Assembly (NCBI GenBank): GCA_965202695.1
Contig: OZ241843.1
Span: forward strand, 3,968,701-4,032,700
Source: Vicinamibacterales bacterium
Lineage (GTDB): Bacteria; Acidobacteriota; Vicinamibacteria; Vicinamibacterales; UBA8438
Direction: 5' to 3'
Length of the DNA stretch: 64,000 bases
Under the pieces are notes generated by a model. It was not told the origin of the DNA and did not search any database. It saw nothing but the letters and a program-made list of their open reading frames with translations. The translations under genes were made by a program, and so were the position numbers. Shown in pieces: positions 1 through 8,872 of this stretch. How positions within the stretch are numbered: the first letter of the stretch is position 1; each line of letters starts with the position of its first letter.

Positions 1-102
1 GGCCTCGGCGCGGGTGCGCCGCACCCGCGCCTCTTCACGGCGCCGGACGGCGGCCGCCGCGAGAACGGCCGCCGCGACGACGACGAGAACCGCGGCGCTC
101 AT
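1..102 (-). CDS. hypothetical small membrane protein; only the 5' end is in the window
   Basis: The ATG at 100-102 (minus) opens MSAAVLVVVAAAVLAAAAVRRREEARVRRTRAEA, a hydrophobic helix followed by a basic stretch. The gene runs off the left edge. No family recognised. Confidence 0.2.
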   Translation of the reverse strand, partial: MSAAVLVVVAAAVLAAAAVRRREEARVRRTRAEA

Positions 103-309
103 GCCGCACCCCCGGCGGACCGGCGCCGCCGCGGCCCGGCGGCCGGCGCGGGGCCCGAGGGCAGACCGGGCCGGGCCGCCGGGCCCCGGCGGTTCCACAC
201 CGCGGCCAGCCGTTCCCGCGCACGCTTCCCCTCGCACACGTCGTCCTCCTCTACTGGTTCACCCCGACCCGATCGAGGCGCCGGGGATTCTCGTGCGGCC
301 TCGGGCGCG

Positions 310-909
310 TCATGCCGCCTCCCGGGGTTGCGAAGGACCGGCGAACCGGCGGTCGCCGGAAAGACGCAGGGCCTGGACCATGCGGCCGGTGCGCGTCGTG
401 GGGCGGGGGCGGCGTTCCGGATGGCCGGCGTAGCGCCGGACGACGTCGTCGTAGACGTAGCGCGGGGCGCCGAGCGCCAGGCAGAGGGCGTTGGGATCGG
501 CGATCTGCCCGCGACCGTCGAGGGTCAGCGCCGCCGCGAGCATCGCCTGCTCGTGCCGCCCCGCCGATTCCCAGTCGCCGACGCCGATGGCCGCCCGCAT
601 GCGCTCGCGGGCGGCCGCCACCGCCGCGCGGGGCGGCACGGACGGCGCCGCCGCCGGAGGAACGGCGGGGGCCTCCGGCCGCACGGCGGGGACCGGGCGG
701 GGAACGTCGGCCGGCCAGGGGAGATCGGCCGGCCAGTGGTCGGAAAGCCACTGGACGACGCGGTCCATGCGCCGCACGGTCACCCGGCCGGCATGCAGAC
801 GCCCGAAGAATCCGCCATGACCCGCCGCCAGGCGCCCCACGGTAGACAGGGCGATCCCGCGGCCGGCGGCATACGCGGCGCAGAGACGGACGAGTTCGTT
901 GGTGGTCAA
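310..909 (-). CDS. hypothetical protein, divergent partner of the S24 repressor
   Basis: 199-codon ORF with a TTG start at 907-909 (MTTNELVRLCAAYAAGRGIAL...). It has ordered-looking N- and C-terminal parts joined by a Pro/Ala-rich linker (PWPADVPRPVPAVRPEAPAVPPAAAPSVPP). The overlapping ORFs in other frames are Arg/Gly/Pro low-complexity. No family recognised. Confidence 0.45.
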   Translation of the reverse strand: MTTNELVRLCAAYAAGRGIALSTVGRLAAGHGGFFGRLHAGRVTVRRMDRVVQWLSDHWPADLPWPADVPRPVPAVRPEAPAVPPAAAPSVPPRAAVAAARERMRAAIGVGDWESAGRHEQAMLAAALTLDGRGQIADPNALCLALGAPRYVYDDVVRRYAGHPERRPRPTTRTGRMVQALRLSGDRRFAGPSQPREAA

Positions 910-990
910 TACGCCGATATAGTGGTGTATTGACCACCACAGATCAAGTCACTCTCGCGGGGGGACCCCGATCTGTGGCATATTGACCAC
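902..990. promoter_or_regulatory. divergent promoter/operator region with three GTATTGACCAC-type boxes
   Basis: The boxes are GTGGTCAATAC at 902-912 (inverted copy, overlapping the TTG start of the leftward gene), GTATTGACCAC at 927-937, and ATATTGACCAC at 980-990 (ends 2 nt before ATG 993). A nested inverted repeat is CCACAGATC 937-945 / GATCTGTGG 970-978. Confidence 0.5.
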
Positions 991-992
991 GG

Positions 993-1811
993 ATGCGACC
1001 GTTCCGCGAAATCGTCGAGAGGCGCTTGCGCGCACTGGGCGGCGGCGCGGTCCGCGCCGCGACGTCGGCCGGCCTGAAGCGCGATTCCATCAGATCCGTG
1101 CTGCGCGGCCGAGTTCCGTCCATCGACCGCGCCGCCGAGATCTGCTCCGCGCTGGGCCTGGAGTTCTACATCGGCCCTCCTCGCGGCAAGGTCGAATCTG
1201 TGAATACTCCCGGCGATTCGCAGATCGAGGCGCAACTGTCGGAGCTGGAACGTCACACGCAGGGGCTGGTGCGCGCGGTGGCGGCGGCGGGCGGAGATCC
1301 GATCCCGGCGGACCTGCGGGCTGCGCTGCTCGCGGAGCGGCCGCCGCGCGGCGCTCGCGGGGGGCGGCCGGCGGGGCAGGTCCGGGAGACGGCGCCGTCC
1401 TCCGATTTCGTGCCGATTCCGTTCGCGCGGGACGTCCGGCTGGCGGCCGGCCCCGGCGAACCGGTATGGGACGAGACCGAAGAGATGGCGGTATCGGTCG
1501 CCCGGGCCGCGCTGCCGCCGTGGGCGCGGCCGGAACGCCTGCGCTGCGCACGGATCGCCGGCGACTCGATGACGCCGACCGTCGGCGACGGCGACCTGGC
1601 GGCGATCGACCAGGGCCGCGAGGAGCCGCTCGACGGACAGTTGTTCGCGTTGCGGACCGACGCGGGCGTGGCCGTCAAACGCCTGCGGCGCATCGCCGGC
1701 CGCTGGCACATGGTGAGCGACAACCCGGCCTACGAGCCCCGGCCCGTCACGAGGACGGATCGCATCCTCGGACAGGTGGCCTGGACGGGGCCGCCGGCGG
1801 CGCGCTCGTGA
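993..1811 (+). CDS. XRE-type HTH plus S24 (LexA/CI-like) self-cleaving peptidase repressor
   Basis: The N-terminal HTH is SAGLKRDSIRSVLRGRVPSIDRAAEICSALGLEF. The C-terminal S24 core is ARIAGDSMTPTVGDGDLAAID...GVAVKRLRRIAGRWHMVSDNP, with the Ser in GDSM and the Lys in VKRL. Confidence 0.8.
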   Translation: MRPFREIVERRLRALGGGAVRAATSAGLKRDSIRSVLRGRVPSIDRAAEICSALGLEFYIGPPRGKVESVNTPGDSQIEAQLSELERHTQGLVRAVAAAGGDPIPADLRAALLAERPPRGARGGRPAGQVRETAPSSDFVPIPFARDVRLAAGPGEPVWDETEEMAVSVARAALPPWARPERLRCARIAGDSMTPTVGDGDLAAIDQGREEPLDGQLFALRTDAGVAVKRLRRIAGRWHMVSDNPAYEPRPVTRTDRILGQVAWTGPPAARS

Positions 1812-1922
1812 CCGCCTGACGGCCTCCGGCCGCGGGGGTCGCCCCGGCCGTCCGCGCAGTTCTTTCGCATGAATGCGGCGCCGGTCTTTCGCATCATTCG
1901 ACACCGGGCCGCGTCGGAACCC

Positions 1923-2996
1923 TCATTCGTCCGGCGGCGGCTCCCCGCGCCGGTCCGCGCCCGCGGCCGACCAGGGCCGCGGGATGAACAGGCGCCGGTA
2001 CAGGTGCACGGCGAACCGGTCCGTCATGCCCGCGATGAAGTCGCGCGCCGCCGCGTCGACGCCTTCCGCCTCCAGCGTGCGGCGGTCGAGGAACGCGTCG
2101 GGCGCCTGCCGCACCTGCTCCCAGAGCCCGCCGATGATGCCCGAGGCCTTGGCGGTCTCCGCCGTCGCCACCCGGTTCTCGTACACCGCCTCGAACAGGA
2201 AGGTCCGCAACGCCGTGAGGGCCTCCAGCACCGGCGGACTCATGCGGAGCTCGACGTCGGGCCGGGTCGCCCGGGTCGCGGTCACCACGTCGGACACCAG
2301 CGCGCCGATCCGCGCGGACGACGTGCGTCCGAGCCGCTCCAGGGGAGCCGCGGGCAGGTCGGACGCGGCGAGGACCCCGGCGCGGACCGCGTCGTCGATG
2401 TCGTGGTTCACGTAGGCGATCAGGTCCGCGACCCGGGCGACCTGCCCCTCGAGGGTCGCGGCCCGGAGGGCCGGCTCGCCGCCGAGGGGGGTGCCGTCCC
2501 GGCCCTTCGAGTGCCTGGCGATCCCGTTCCTGACCTCCCACGTCAGGTTGAGGCCGCGGCCGTCCCGCTCGAGCGCGTCGACGATGCGCAGGCTGTGGCC
2601 GTGGTGGCTGAACCCCCCCGGCGCCAGCCGGTTCAGGACCGATTCGCCGGCGTGGCCGAACGGCGCGTGCCCGAGATCGTGGCCGAGGGCGACGGCCTCG
2701 GTGAGGTCTTCGTTCAGCCCGAGCACCTTCGACACGGTCCGGGCGATCTGGGCCACCTCCAGGGTGTGGGTGAGCCGCGTCCGGTAGTGGTCGCCGGCCG
2801 GCGAGAAGAACACCTGGGTCTTGTGCTTGAGCCGGCGGAACGCCTTGCTGTGCACGATCCGATCGCGGTCGCGCTGGAACGCGGGCCGGATCGGATCCTC
2901 GGGCTCGGGCCGCGGCCGGCCTCTCGACGCCCGGCTCTGCGCCGCGTACGGCGCGAGGCAGCGGGCCTCGCGCGCCTCCAGCTCGTGTCGAATCAT
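1923..2996 (-). CDS. dgt: dGTP triphosphohydrolase-like HD-domain protein
   Basis: Motifs FQRDRDRIVHSKAFRRLKHKTQVF, HYRTRLTHTLEVAQIAR and LGHDLGHAPFGHAGE. I chose the ATG at 2994-2996 because it forms an ATGA overlap with the miaA stop. Confidence 0.85.
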   Translation of the reverse strand: MIRHELEAREARCLAPYAAQSRASRGRPRPEPEDPIRPAFQRDRDRIVHSKAFRRLKHKTQVFFSPAGDHYRTRLTHTLEVAQIARTVSKVLGLNEDLTEAVALGHDLGHAPFGHAGESVLNRLAPGGFSHHGHSLRIVDALERDGRGLNLTWEVRNGIARHSKGRDGTPLGGEPALRAATLEGQVARVADLIAYVNHDIDDAVRAGVLAASDLPAAPLERLGRTSSARIGALVSDVVTATRATRPDVELRMSPPVLEALTALRTFLFEAVYENRVATAETAKASGIIGGLWEQVRQAPDAFLDRRTLEAEGVDAAARDFIAGMTDRFAVHLYRRLFIPRPWSAAGADRRGEPPPDE

Positions 2997-3979
2997 GAGA
3001 GCACGCGCCCCGTCCCGTTGCGGACGCCGGCGTCGAGGAGGGCCGCGGCCGCGTCGCACGCGGCCGGGTGCTCACCGGGCGTCTCCAGCCAGCGCACCCC
3101 CGCTTCGCGCCGGAACCACGTCAACTGCCGGCGCGCGTACCGCCGGTTCTCGCGGACGATCAGGTCCCGCGTGCCGCGCAGGTCGCGCTCGCCGCGCAGA
3201 TGCTCGAGGGCCTGGCGGTACACGAGCCCCCCGAACGGCCCCGCGCTCTCGGGCACGCCCCGGGCCAGCAGCCCGCGGACCTCGTCCAGCAGGCCGCCCG
3301 CCAGTTGCCGATCGACCCGCTTCGCGATGCGGTCTTCGAGCTGGTCGAACGGCAGCCGCAGCCCCACGGTGAGCACGGCGTGGCCGGCCAGCGGCGAGCG
3401 CGTCGCGGCGAAGTGGTCGGTCAGGGTCCGGCCGGTCAGCAGGAGCACCTCCAGCGCGCGGACGAGGCGCTTCTCGTCGGCAGGGTGGATCCGTCGCGCC
3501 GACGCCGGGTCGCGGCGGGCGAGAAACCGGTGCAGGGCGCCGCGCCCCCGGCGGCGGGCCACCCGGGCGAGCCGGGCCCGCACGCGGTCGTCGCGCCCCG
3601 GACCCGCGAACAGCCCCCGCGTCAGGGCCCGGTAATAGAGACCGGTGCCCCCGGCCAGCACGGGCAGCCGGCCGCGGGCCGCGACCGCGCGCGCGGCCCG
3701 GGCCGCGTCGCGGCCGTAGCGCGCCGCCGAGTACACGTCGCCCGGATCCACGACGTCGATCAGATGATGGGGGATCCCCCGCCGCCGGCCGGCGGGGACC
3801 TTGTCGGTCCCGACGTCGAAGCCCCGGTAGACGGCCGTCGAGTCGCACGCCAGGACTTCGCCGCCGACCCGCGCCGCCACCGACAACGCGAGCGCGCTCT
3901 TGCCGGTCGCCGTCGGTCCGACGACGGCGAGCAGCACGGGACGCCCGTCCGGGTCCCGGAAGCCGATGGCCTGTCCCAC
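2993..3979 (-). CDS. miaA: tRNA dimethylallyltransferase
   Basis: P-loop VVGPTATGKSALAL, then DSTAVYRGFDVGTDK and IPHHLID. GTG start at 3977-3979. Confidence 0.9.
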   Translation of the reverse strand: MGQAIGFRDPDGRPVLLAVVGPTATGKSALALSVAARVGGEVLACDSTAVYRGFDVGTDKVPAGRRRGIPHHLIDVVDPGDVYSAARYGRDAARAARAVAARGRLPVLAGGTGLYYRALTRGLFAGPGRDDRVRARLARVARRRGRGALHRFLARRDPASARRIHPADEKRLVRALEVLLLTGRTLTDHFAATRSPLAGHAVLTVGLRLPFDQLEDRIAKRVDRQLAGGLLDEVRGLLARGVPESAGPFGGLVYRQALEHLRGERDLRGTRDLIVRENRRYARRQLTWFRREAGVRWLETPGEHPAACDAAAALLDAGVRNGTGRVLS

Positions 3980-4054
3980 GTGCCCCGCCCGCGATCGCCG
4001 CCCGGCCCCGTCCGCCGTCCCGGACCGCGCCGCCGCCCGGCCCCCGCCCGCCCG

Positions 4055-4138
4055 CTACACGAGAAACGCCATCACGAGCACCACCGTCAACAGGATCAGG
4101 AGGCCGAGTTGCTGGCGGCGGTTCGGCGGCTCGGTCAT
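4055..4138 (-). CDS. possible 27-aa single-helix membrane peptide
   Basis: ATG at 4136-4138, 8 nt after the stop of the TonB-like gene. It encodes MTEPPNRRQQLGLLILLTVVLVMAFLV and ends at TAG 4055-4057. It is too short for the ORF track, and the only support is hydrophobicity and position. Confidence 0.2.
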   Translation of the reverse strand: MTEPPNRRQQLGLLILLTVVLVMAFLV

Positions 4139-4145
4139 GGCGCGG

Positions 4146-5189
4146 TCAGCGGCCGGGGGGCCGTTCGTTGAAATAGAACGTCACCGTGAAGAAGACGCTG
4201 TCGTCCGGATACTCGGGAGGCAACGGATAGGTCGGATTCGATCCGCGGATCGCGTTGAACGCCGAGTTGGTGAACGCGTCGACGGCCGACGGCCTCTCGA
4301 CCGCGAGGTCGGTCAGCCTCCCGTCCACGTGGACGTTGAAGGTCAGGACGACGTTCCCCGACATCGACATCGCCGCGTAGGGAATGAACCAGTTGCGATA
4401 GATCTGGGAGCGGAACCGCGCGAGCCAGGAGGCGAAGTCGACGCCCTTCGAGTCGAACTGGATGTCGGGGCCGTAGCGGTCGGTGCGGCCGCGCAGGTTG
4501 TAGTACGACGGGTTGCGGGCCACGCTGTCGAGCCCCCGCAACGCCCGGTCGAGGATCGTTCCCGGCCGATCGCCGAGCGGCCTCCGCCGCGCCCAGCGCT
4601 CCCCCGGCGGCGGCGCGGCCTCGCCTTCGCCCTCCCCGGGGTCCGGCGCCGACGCCTCCGGTCCGGTTCCCTCCGGCGCGCCGTCCTCGAAACCGCCGGC
4701 CGCTTCTTCCGCCGGGGCCGCCTCCGCCGCCTCCGGCGCGTCCTCGCCGCGCGACGTCGACGGATCGCGCCCGTCCGCCGGGTCCGGCGTCTGCGCGAAC
4801 TCGAACGAGTTCCCCTCGGCGTTGGGCCGATCGTTCAGCGGATCGTCGGCCTGGGTCGGCGACTGCGCCGCGCGGTCGGCGTCCGACAGATCGGCGGCGG
4901 GCGGGGGCGCGGACGCCGGGTCGGCCAGGGTGTCGACGAAGATGAACTCCGGCGCGTCGGGCGCCCGGCGCAGCGCCAGCCGTTCCATCTCGGCCGCCTC
5001 CGCCATCTCCGCGAGCCTCTCGGCCCGGCGCGCCATCGCGTCCTGGACGAACTGCAGGCGCGGCCCCAGGACCACCAGGAGCGCGAAGAGCAGATGGGTG
5101 AAGAACGAAAGCAGGGCGCGCTCGCGCCACGACATCGCCGACTCGACGGTCGGGGTCTCGACGTGCCGGCTTTCGAAGTCGAAGTACAT
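4146..5189 (-). CDS. TonB-family energy transducer (C-terminal TonB domain)
   Basis: Internal ATG at 5187-5189 (MYFDFESRH...), an N-terminal TM helix (LLSFFTHLLFALLVVLG), an acidic Pro/Ala/Glu-rich linker, and a TonB_C-like end (FASWLARFRSQIYRNWFIPY...GNVVLTFNVHVDGRLTDLAVERPS). The 571-aa track ORF upstream of this ATG is Arg/Gly/Pro junk. Confidence 0.7.
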   Translation of the reverse strand: MYFDFESRHVETPTVESAMSWRERALLSFFTHLLFALLVVLGPRLQFVQDAMARRAERLAEMAEAAEMERLALRRAPDAPEFIFVDTLADPASAPPPAADLSDADRAAQSPTQADDPLNDRPNAEGNSFEFAQTPDPADGRDPSTSRGEDAPEAAEAAPAEEAAGGFEDGAPEGTGPEASAPDPGEGEGEAAPPPGERWARRRPLGDRPGTILDRALRGLDSVARNPSYYNLRGRTDRYGPDIQFDSKGVDFASWLARFRSQIYRNWFIPYAAMSMSGNVVLTFNVHVDGRLTDLAVERPSAVDAFTNSAFNAIRGSNPTYPLPPEYPDDSVFFTVTFYFNERPPGR

Positions 5190-5245
5190 GGGGCGGGGAA
5201 CGTAGCCCAGTATACCCCGGCGCCCCCGATGCGACGCGGGTGGGG

Positions 5246-6007
5246 TCAGGACCGCATCGGCTTGCTGGCCACGTAGAGATGGACGATGCCCAGGGCCAGC
5301 CGATCGACCCGGACCTCGCGGAATCCGCAGTCGCGGAGCACCGCGGCCAGCGCGTCGGGACCGAGGAAGGCGTGGACCGACTCGGGCAGGTAGGAGTACG
5401 CGTCGCCGTGCCGCGACAGCCAGCCGCCGATGCGGGGCAGCACGCGCCGGAAGTACCAGAGGTACGCGCCCCGGACCACCGGCAGGCGCGGCTCCCCGAA
5501 CTCCAGGATCGCGAGACGGCCGCCCGGCCGGAGCACGCGGGCGATCTCGCGGAGCGCCCGCGCCGGATCGACGACGTTGCGGATGCCGAACCCGACGGTC
5601 GCCGCGTCCATCGACGCGGGCGCGCACGGCAGCCGGCAGGCGTCGCCGCGGACCAGGCGCACGCGCCGGCCGAGCCCCGCCGCCCGCACCTTGCCGCGGC
5701 CGATCTCGAGCATCGCCCCCGCGAAGTCGACGCCGACGACCGCGCGCGGCGGGGGGTCCCGGCGGCCGGCGGCGATCGCGAGGTCCGCGGTGCCCGTGCA
5801 CACGTCGAGCACGCGGGAGCCGGCCGGCGGCGCGACCGCGGCGATCGCCCGCCGCCGCCACCGGCGGTCGAGCCCGGCGCTGAGCACGTGGTTGAGGCGG
5901 TCGTAGCGATGCGCGATCGCGTCGAACATGCCGGCGATGCGCCGGGGGGTCTTGTCGAGCCGCGGGACGCCGCGGCCGGACGGGCGGCGCGCCGGGCCGC
6001 CGGTCAT
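5246..6007 (-). CDS. ubiE: demethylmenaquinone/ubiquinone C-methyltransferase
   Basis: Motifs MFDAIAHRYDRLNHVLSAGLDRRWRR, the SAM motif VLDVCTGTADLA, and GGRLAILEF. The ATG at 6005-6007 overlaps the ubiX stop (ATGA). Confidence 0.9.
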   Translation of the reverse strand: MTGGPARRPSGRGVPRLDKTPRRIAGMFDAIAHRYDRLNHVLSAGLDRRWRRRAIAAVAPPAGSRVLDVCTGTADLAIAAGRRDPPPRAVVGVDFAGAMLEIGRGKVRAAGLGRRVRLVRGDACRLPCAPASMDAATVGFGIRNVVDPARALREIARVLRPGGRLAILEFGEPRLPVVRGAYLWYFRRVLPRIGGWLSRHGDAYSYLPESVHAFLGPDALAAVLRDCGFREVRVDRLALGIVHLYVASKPMRS

Positions 6008-6618
6008 CCCGTCCACGGGGGATAGAGGGCGTGCGGGACGCCGAGCCCGTCGAGGATCTTCCCGGCCATGAAGTCGGCGAGATCGTCGAGAGTCCGGGGG
6101 CCCTGGTAGAAGGCGGGCATGGCCGGCAGCACCAGCGCCCCCGCCTCGGCCGAGGCCACGAGGTTGCGGAGCTGCGGCAGGCTCATCGGGGTCTCCCGCG
6201 GCACGATGACGAGGGGGCGGCGCTCCTTGAGCATGACGTCGGCGGCGCGCTCGATCAGGGTCCGCGACAACCCGTGCGCCACCCCCGCCAGGGTCTTCAT
6301 CGAGCACGGCACGATCGCCATCCCCGCGCAGGCGTAGCTGCCGCTGGCGATCGACGCCCCCAGGTTGCGGTTGCCGTGGACGACGAGCGTGCCCGCCCGC
6401 ACGCCGTCGCCGTAGCGCCCGGCCAGGTACTCCAGCAGACGATCGCACGAGGCGCCTTCGCCGAGCTCGTCGCGCAGCAGGCGGCGGCCGAAGTCGGAGA
6501 CCACCAGCTCGACCCGGCGCCGGCCGGCGAGCAGGGCCGCGACCGTGCGCACCGCGTAGAGGGCGCCGCTCGCCCCGGTTATCGCCACCGCGACGCCGCG
6601 TCCGCGATCATCCGGCAT
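6004..6618 (-). CDS. ubiX: UbiX-family flavin prenyltransferase
   Basis: Motifs VAITGASGALYAVR, MAIVPCSMKTLAGVAHG and RRPLVIVPRETP. Confidence 0.9.
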   Translation of the reverse strand: MPDDRGRGVAVAITGASGALYAVRTVAALLAGRRRVELVVSDFGRRLLRDELGEGASCDRLLEYLAGRYGDGVRAGTLVVHGNRNLGASIASGSYACAGMAIVPCSMKTLAGVAHGLSRTLIERAADVMLKERRPLVIVPRETPMSLPQLRNLVASAEAGALVLPAMPAFYQGPRTLDDLADFMAGKILDGLGVPHALYPPWTG

Positions 6619-7474
6619 GGAGGGCGCCGGCCGTCGCGGCGAGATAGAAGAGGCCCACGTAGCCGTTCAGGTCGAACGCCTGCTTCACCCGCGACAGGTC
6701 GTCGGCGCGCACCAGCGACTGCTCCCAGACGAGCAGCGCGGCCACCCCGGCGACCCCCGCGAGATACCCGCCGCCGAGGGGGGCGGCCAGGGCCACCGCG
6801 GCCAGGGCGGCCACCGTCACGCCGTGCAGGCCGCGCGAGATCGCCAGCGACCGGCCCACCCCGAAGCGCACCGGGATGGAACGCAGGCGGTGGGCGCGAT
6901 CGAACTCCAGATCCTGGCAGGCGTACAGGATGTCGAACCCCGCGACCCATGCGCCGACGGCCAGGGCCAGCAGCCACGGTTCCCACCCCCCGCGCCCGCC
7001 GGCGGCCAGCCAGCCGCCGACCGGGGCCACGGCGAGCGCCAGCCCCAGGAAGAGCTGCGTCCAGTGCGTGAACCGCTTGGCCAGCGAGTACCAGAACACG
7101 ATGGCGAGGGCGACGGGAGACAGCAGCAGGCAGATCGGCCCGAGCCGGGTGGTCACGAGGACGAAGGCGACCGAGGACACGGCCACCAGCCCGATCGCGT
7201 CGCCCCGCGAGAGCCGGCCCCGCGGCAGCTCGCGGTCGGCGGTCCGCGGGTTGAGGGCGTCGTAGCGCGCGTCGACCAGGCGGTTGAAGCCCATGGCGGC
7301 GGTCCGGGCGGTCACCATGGCGGCCGCGATCCAGCCGATGCGGGCGAGGGTCAGGGGGTGCTGCTCGGCCGCGAGGAGGGCGCCGACGAGGGCGAAGGGC
7401 AACGCGAAGACCGAGTGGCCGAATCGAACGAGCGCGAAGCAGGAGCGGATGTACCGCAGCGCCGGTGCCGTCAT
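6608..7474 (-). CDS. UbiA-family aromatic prenyltransferase (menaquinone-pathway context)
   Basis: Polytopic membrane protein with the UbiA motif ARTAAMGFNRLVDARYDALNPRT and a second Asp-rich motif, YACQDLEFD. It overlaps the ubiX start by 11 nt. Confidence 0.85.
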   Translation of the reverse strand: MTAPALRYIRSCFALVRFGHSVFALPFALVGALLAAEQHPLTLARIGWIAAAMVTARTAAMGFNRLVDARYDALNPRTADRELPRGRLSRGDAIGLVAVSSVAFVLVTTRLGPICLLLSPVALAIVFWYSLAKRFTHWTQLFLGLALAVAPVGGWLAAGGRGGWEPWLLALAVGAWVAGFDILYACQDLEFDRAHRLRSIPVRFGVGRSLAISRGLHGVTVAALAAVALAAPLGGGYLAGVAGVAALLVWEQSLVRADDLSRVKQAFDLNGYVGLFYLAATAGALHAG

Positions 7475-7534
7475 GTCGAGCCGCCCGTGTCCCCGACGCC
7501 GCTCCCCCGGCCGCGCGCGGGGGAAGCCGGCGCG

Positions 7535-8764
7535 TCACGCGGCGGCTTCGGGCAGCCGCATGACGCGGTCGGGAGCGATGCCCCCTAGCAGATATTCTTC
7601 CACATCGCCGACGCCGGCGGGAATGCGCACGCCGATGAGGTCGGCGCGCCGGCCCGGCGTGATGGCGCCGAACTCGTCGTCGAACCCCAGCGCTTCGGCC
7701 CCCCGCAACGTCGCGCACGCCAGCAGGCGCCGCGCCGGCGCCGACGGCGCGAGGCGGCGCATCAGGGCAAGTTCGCTGAACAGGTTGAGGTCGGGCGCGC
7801 TGGCGAGGCTGTCGGTGCCGACGGCGAGGCGCACGCCGGACCGCAGGAACCGCTCGATCGGGGGGTGGCCGACGCCGGTCCAGGCGTTGCTGCGCGGACA
7901 GGTCACCAGATGCGCGCCCCGTTCGGCCAGCCGGCGCAGCTCGGGGTCGGTCAACTGGACGCCGTGGACGGCCACCAGCCCCTCGCGCAGCCAGCCGAGC
8001 CGGTCGATATACTCCACCGGCCCGCAACGCGGCGGCGTCCACGCCGGGTCCCAGCGTCCGAGCCGGTCGAGCAGTGCGCGCCAGGGTCCGCGCCCGGTGC
8101 GCAGGAATTCCACCTCCTCGGGCGATTCCGCGAGGTGGATCGACCGCGGACCGCGGAACCGCGCCCGGACCGCGGCGTCCAGCGCCGCGAACGCGGCCGG
8201 GCCGACCGAGAACGGGGCGTGCGCGGCCAGGCCCACCCGCACCCCGGCCGCCCCCTCGGCGGCGCGGAGGTCGTCGGCCGCCGCGTCCACGGCGTCCGAC
8301 GCCCCGCCGCCGGGGAAGGCCAGCACCTCGCGGAACACGCGGGCCGGCATCCCGGCGCGGGCGAGGAGCGGCGCCGCCGCCGCCGTGTTGCCGACGTCGC
8401 CGAGCAGGCCGGTCCCCGACGCCCGCGCCTCGGCGACGGCCCGGCGCATCGCGCCGGGGTCGGGCGGCCCCGCCTCGGCCCGGCGCTCGAGCAGACCGTC
8501 GACCCACCGCGGCATCGACGCGGCCGGCGGCACCGCGCCGCGCAGCCCCGACAGTTCCAGATGCGTGTGCGCGTTGACCAGCGCCGGCAGGATCGCGGTG
8601 CGCCCCAGATCGACGACCGGTCCCGGCGTTCCCCCGCCGGCCGCCCCCCGGCCCCCGGCCGCCGGCCCCACCGCGACGATGCGGCCGGCGCGCAGGTCGA
8701 CCTGCCCCCGCCGCACGGGCGGCGCGGCGATCGGGAGGACCCAGTCGGCGACGTAGCGCGTCAT
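7535..8764 (-). CDS. amidohydrolase-superfamily deaminase (aminofutalosine-deaminase-like by context)
   Basis: Metal-binding signature ILPALVNAHTHLELSGL, then later HLAESPEE and AVGTDS. The substrate assignment rests only on the gene neighbourhood. Confidence 0.7.
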   Translation of the reverse strand: MTRYVADWVLPIAAPPVRRGQVDLRAGRIVAVGPAAGGRGAAGGGTPGPVVDLGRTAILPALVNAHTHLELSGLRGAVPPAASMPRWVDGLLERRAEAGPPDPGAMRRAVAEARASGTGLLGDVGNTAAAAPLLARAGMPARVFREVLAFPGGGASDAVDAAADDLRAAEGAAGVRVGLAAHAPFSVGPAAFAALDAAVRARFRGPRSIHLAESPEEVEFLRTGRGPWRALLDRLGRWDPAWTPPRCGPVEYIDRLGWLREGLVAVHGVQLTDPELRRLAERGAHLVTCPRSNAWTGVGHPPIERFLRSGVRLAVGTDSLASAPDLNLFSELALMRRLAPSAPARRLLACATLRGAEALGFDDEFGAITPGRRADLIGVRIPAGVGDVEEYLLGGIAPDRVMRLPEAAA

Positions 8765-8872
8765 GCGGCGGTTCGGGCGGCGCCCGCGGCGGGCGGCGGG
8801 AACGGCGGGCCCGTTCCGGCGGTTCGGGCGGCGCCCGCGGCGGGAGGTGGCCGCCCCGCGCCGCCGCGCCGG

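Noticed and set aside
1857-1900. TCTTTCGCAT repeated at 1861-1870 and 1885-1894, with the small palindrome CGCATGAATGCG, considered as a regulatory site.
   Set aside because: It lies in the convergent gap between the ends of the repressor gene and dgt, where only terminators are expected. The repeat is short and I see no associated promoter or ORF. It may be a bidirectional terminator, but the evidence is too thin to call.
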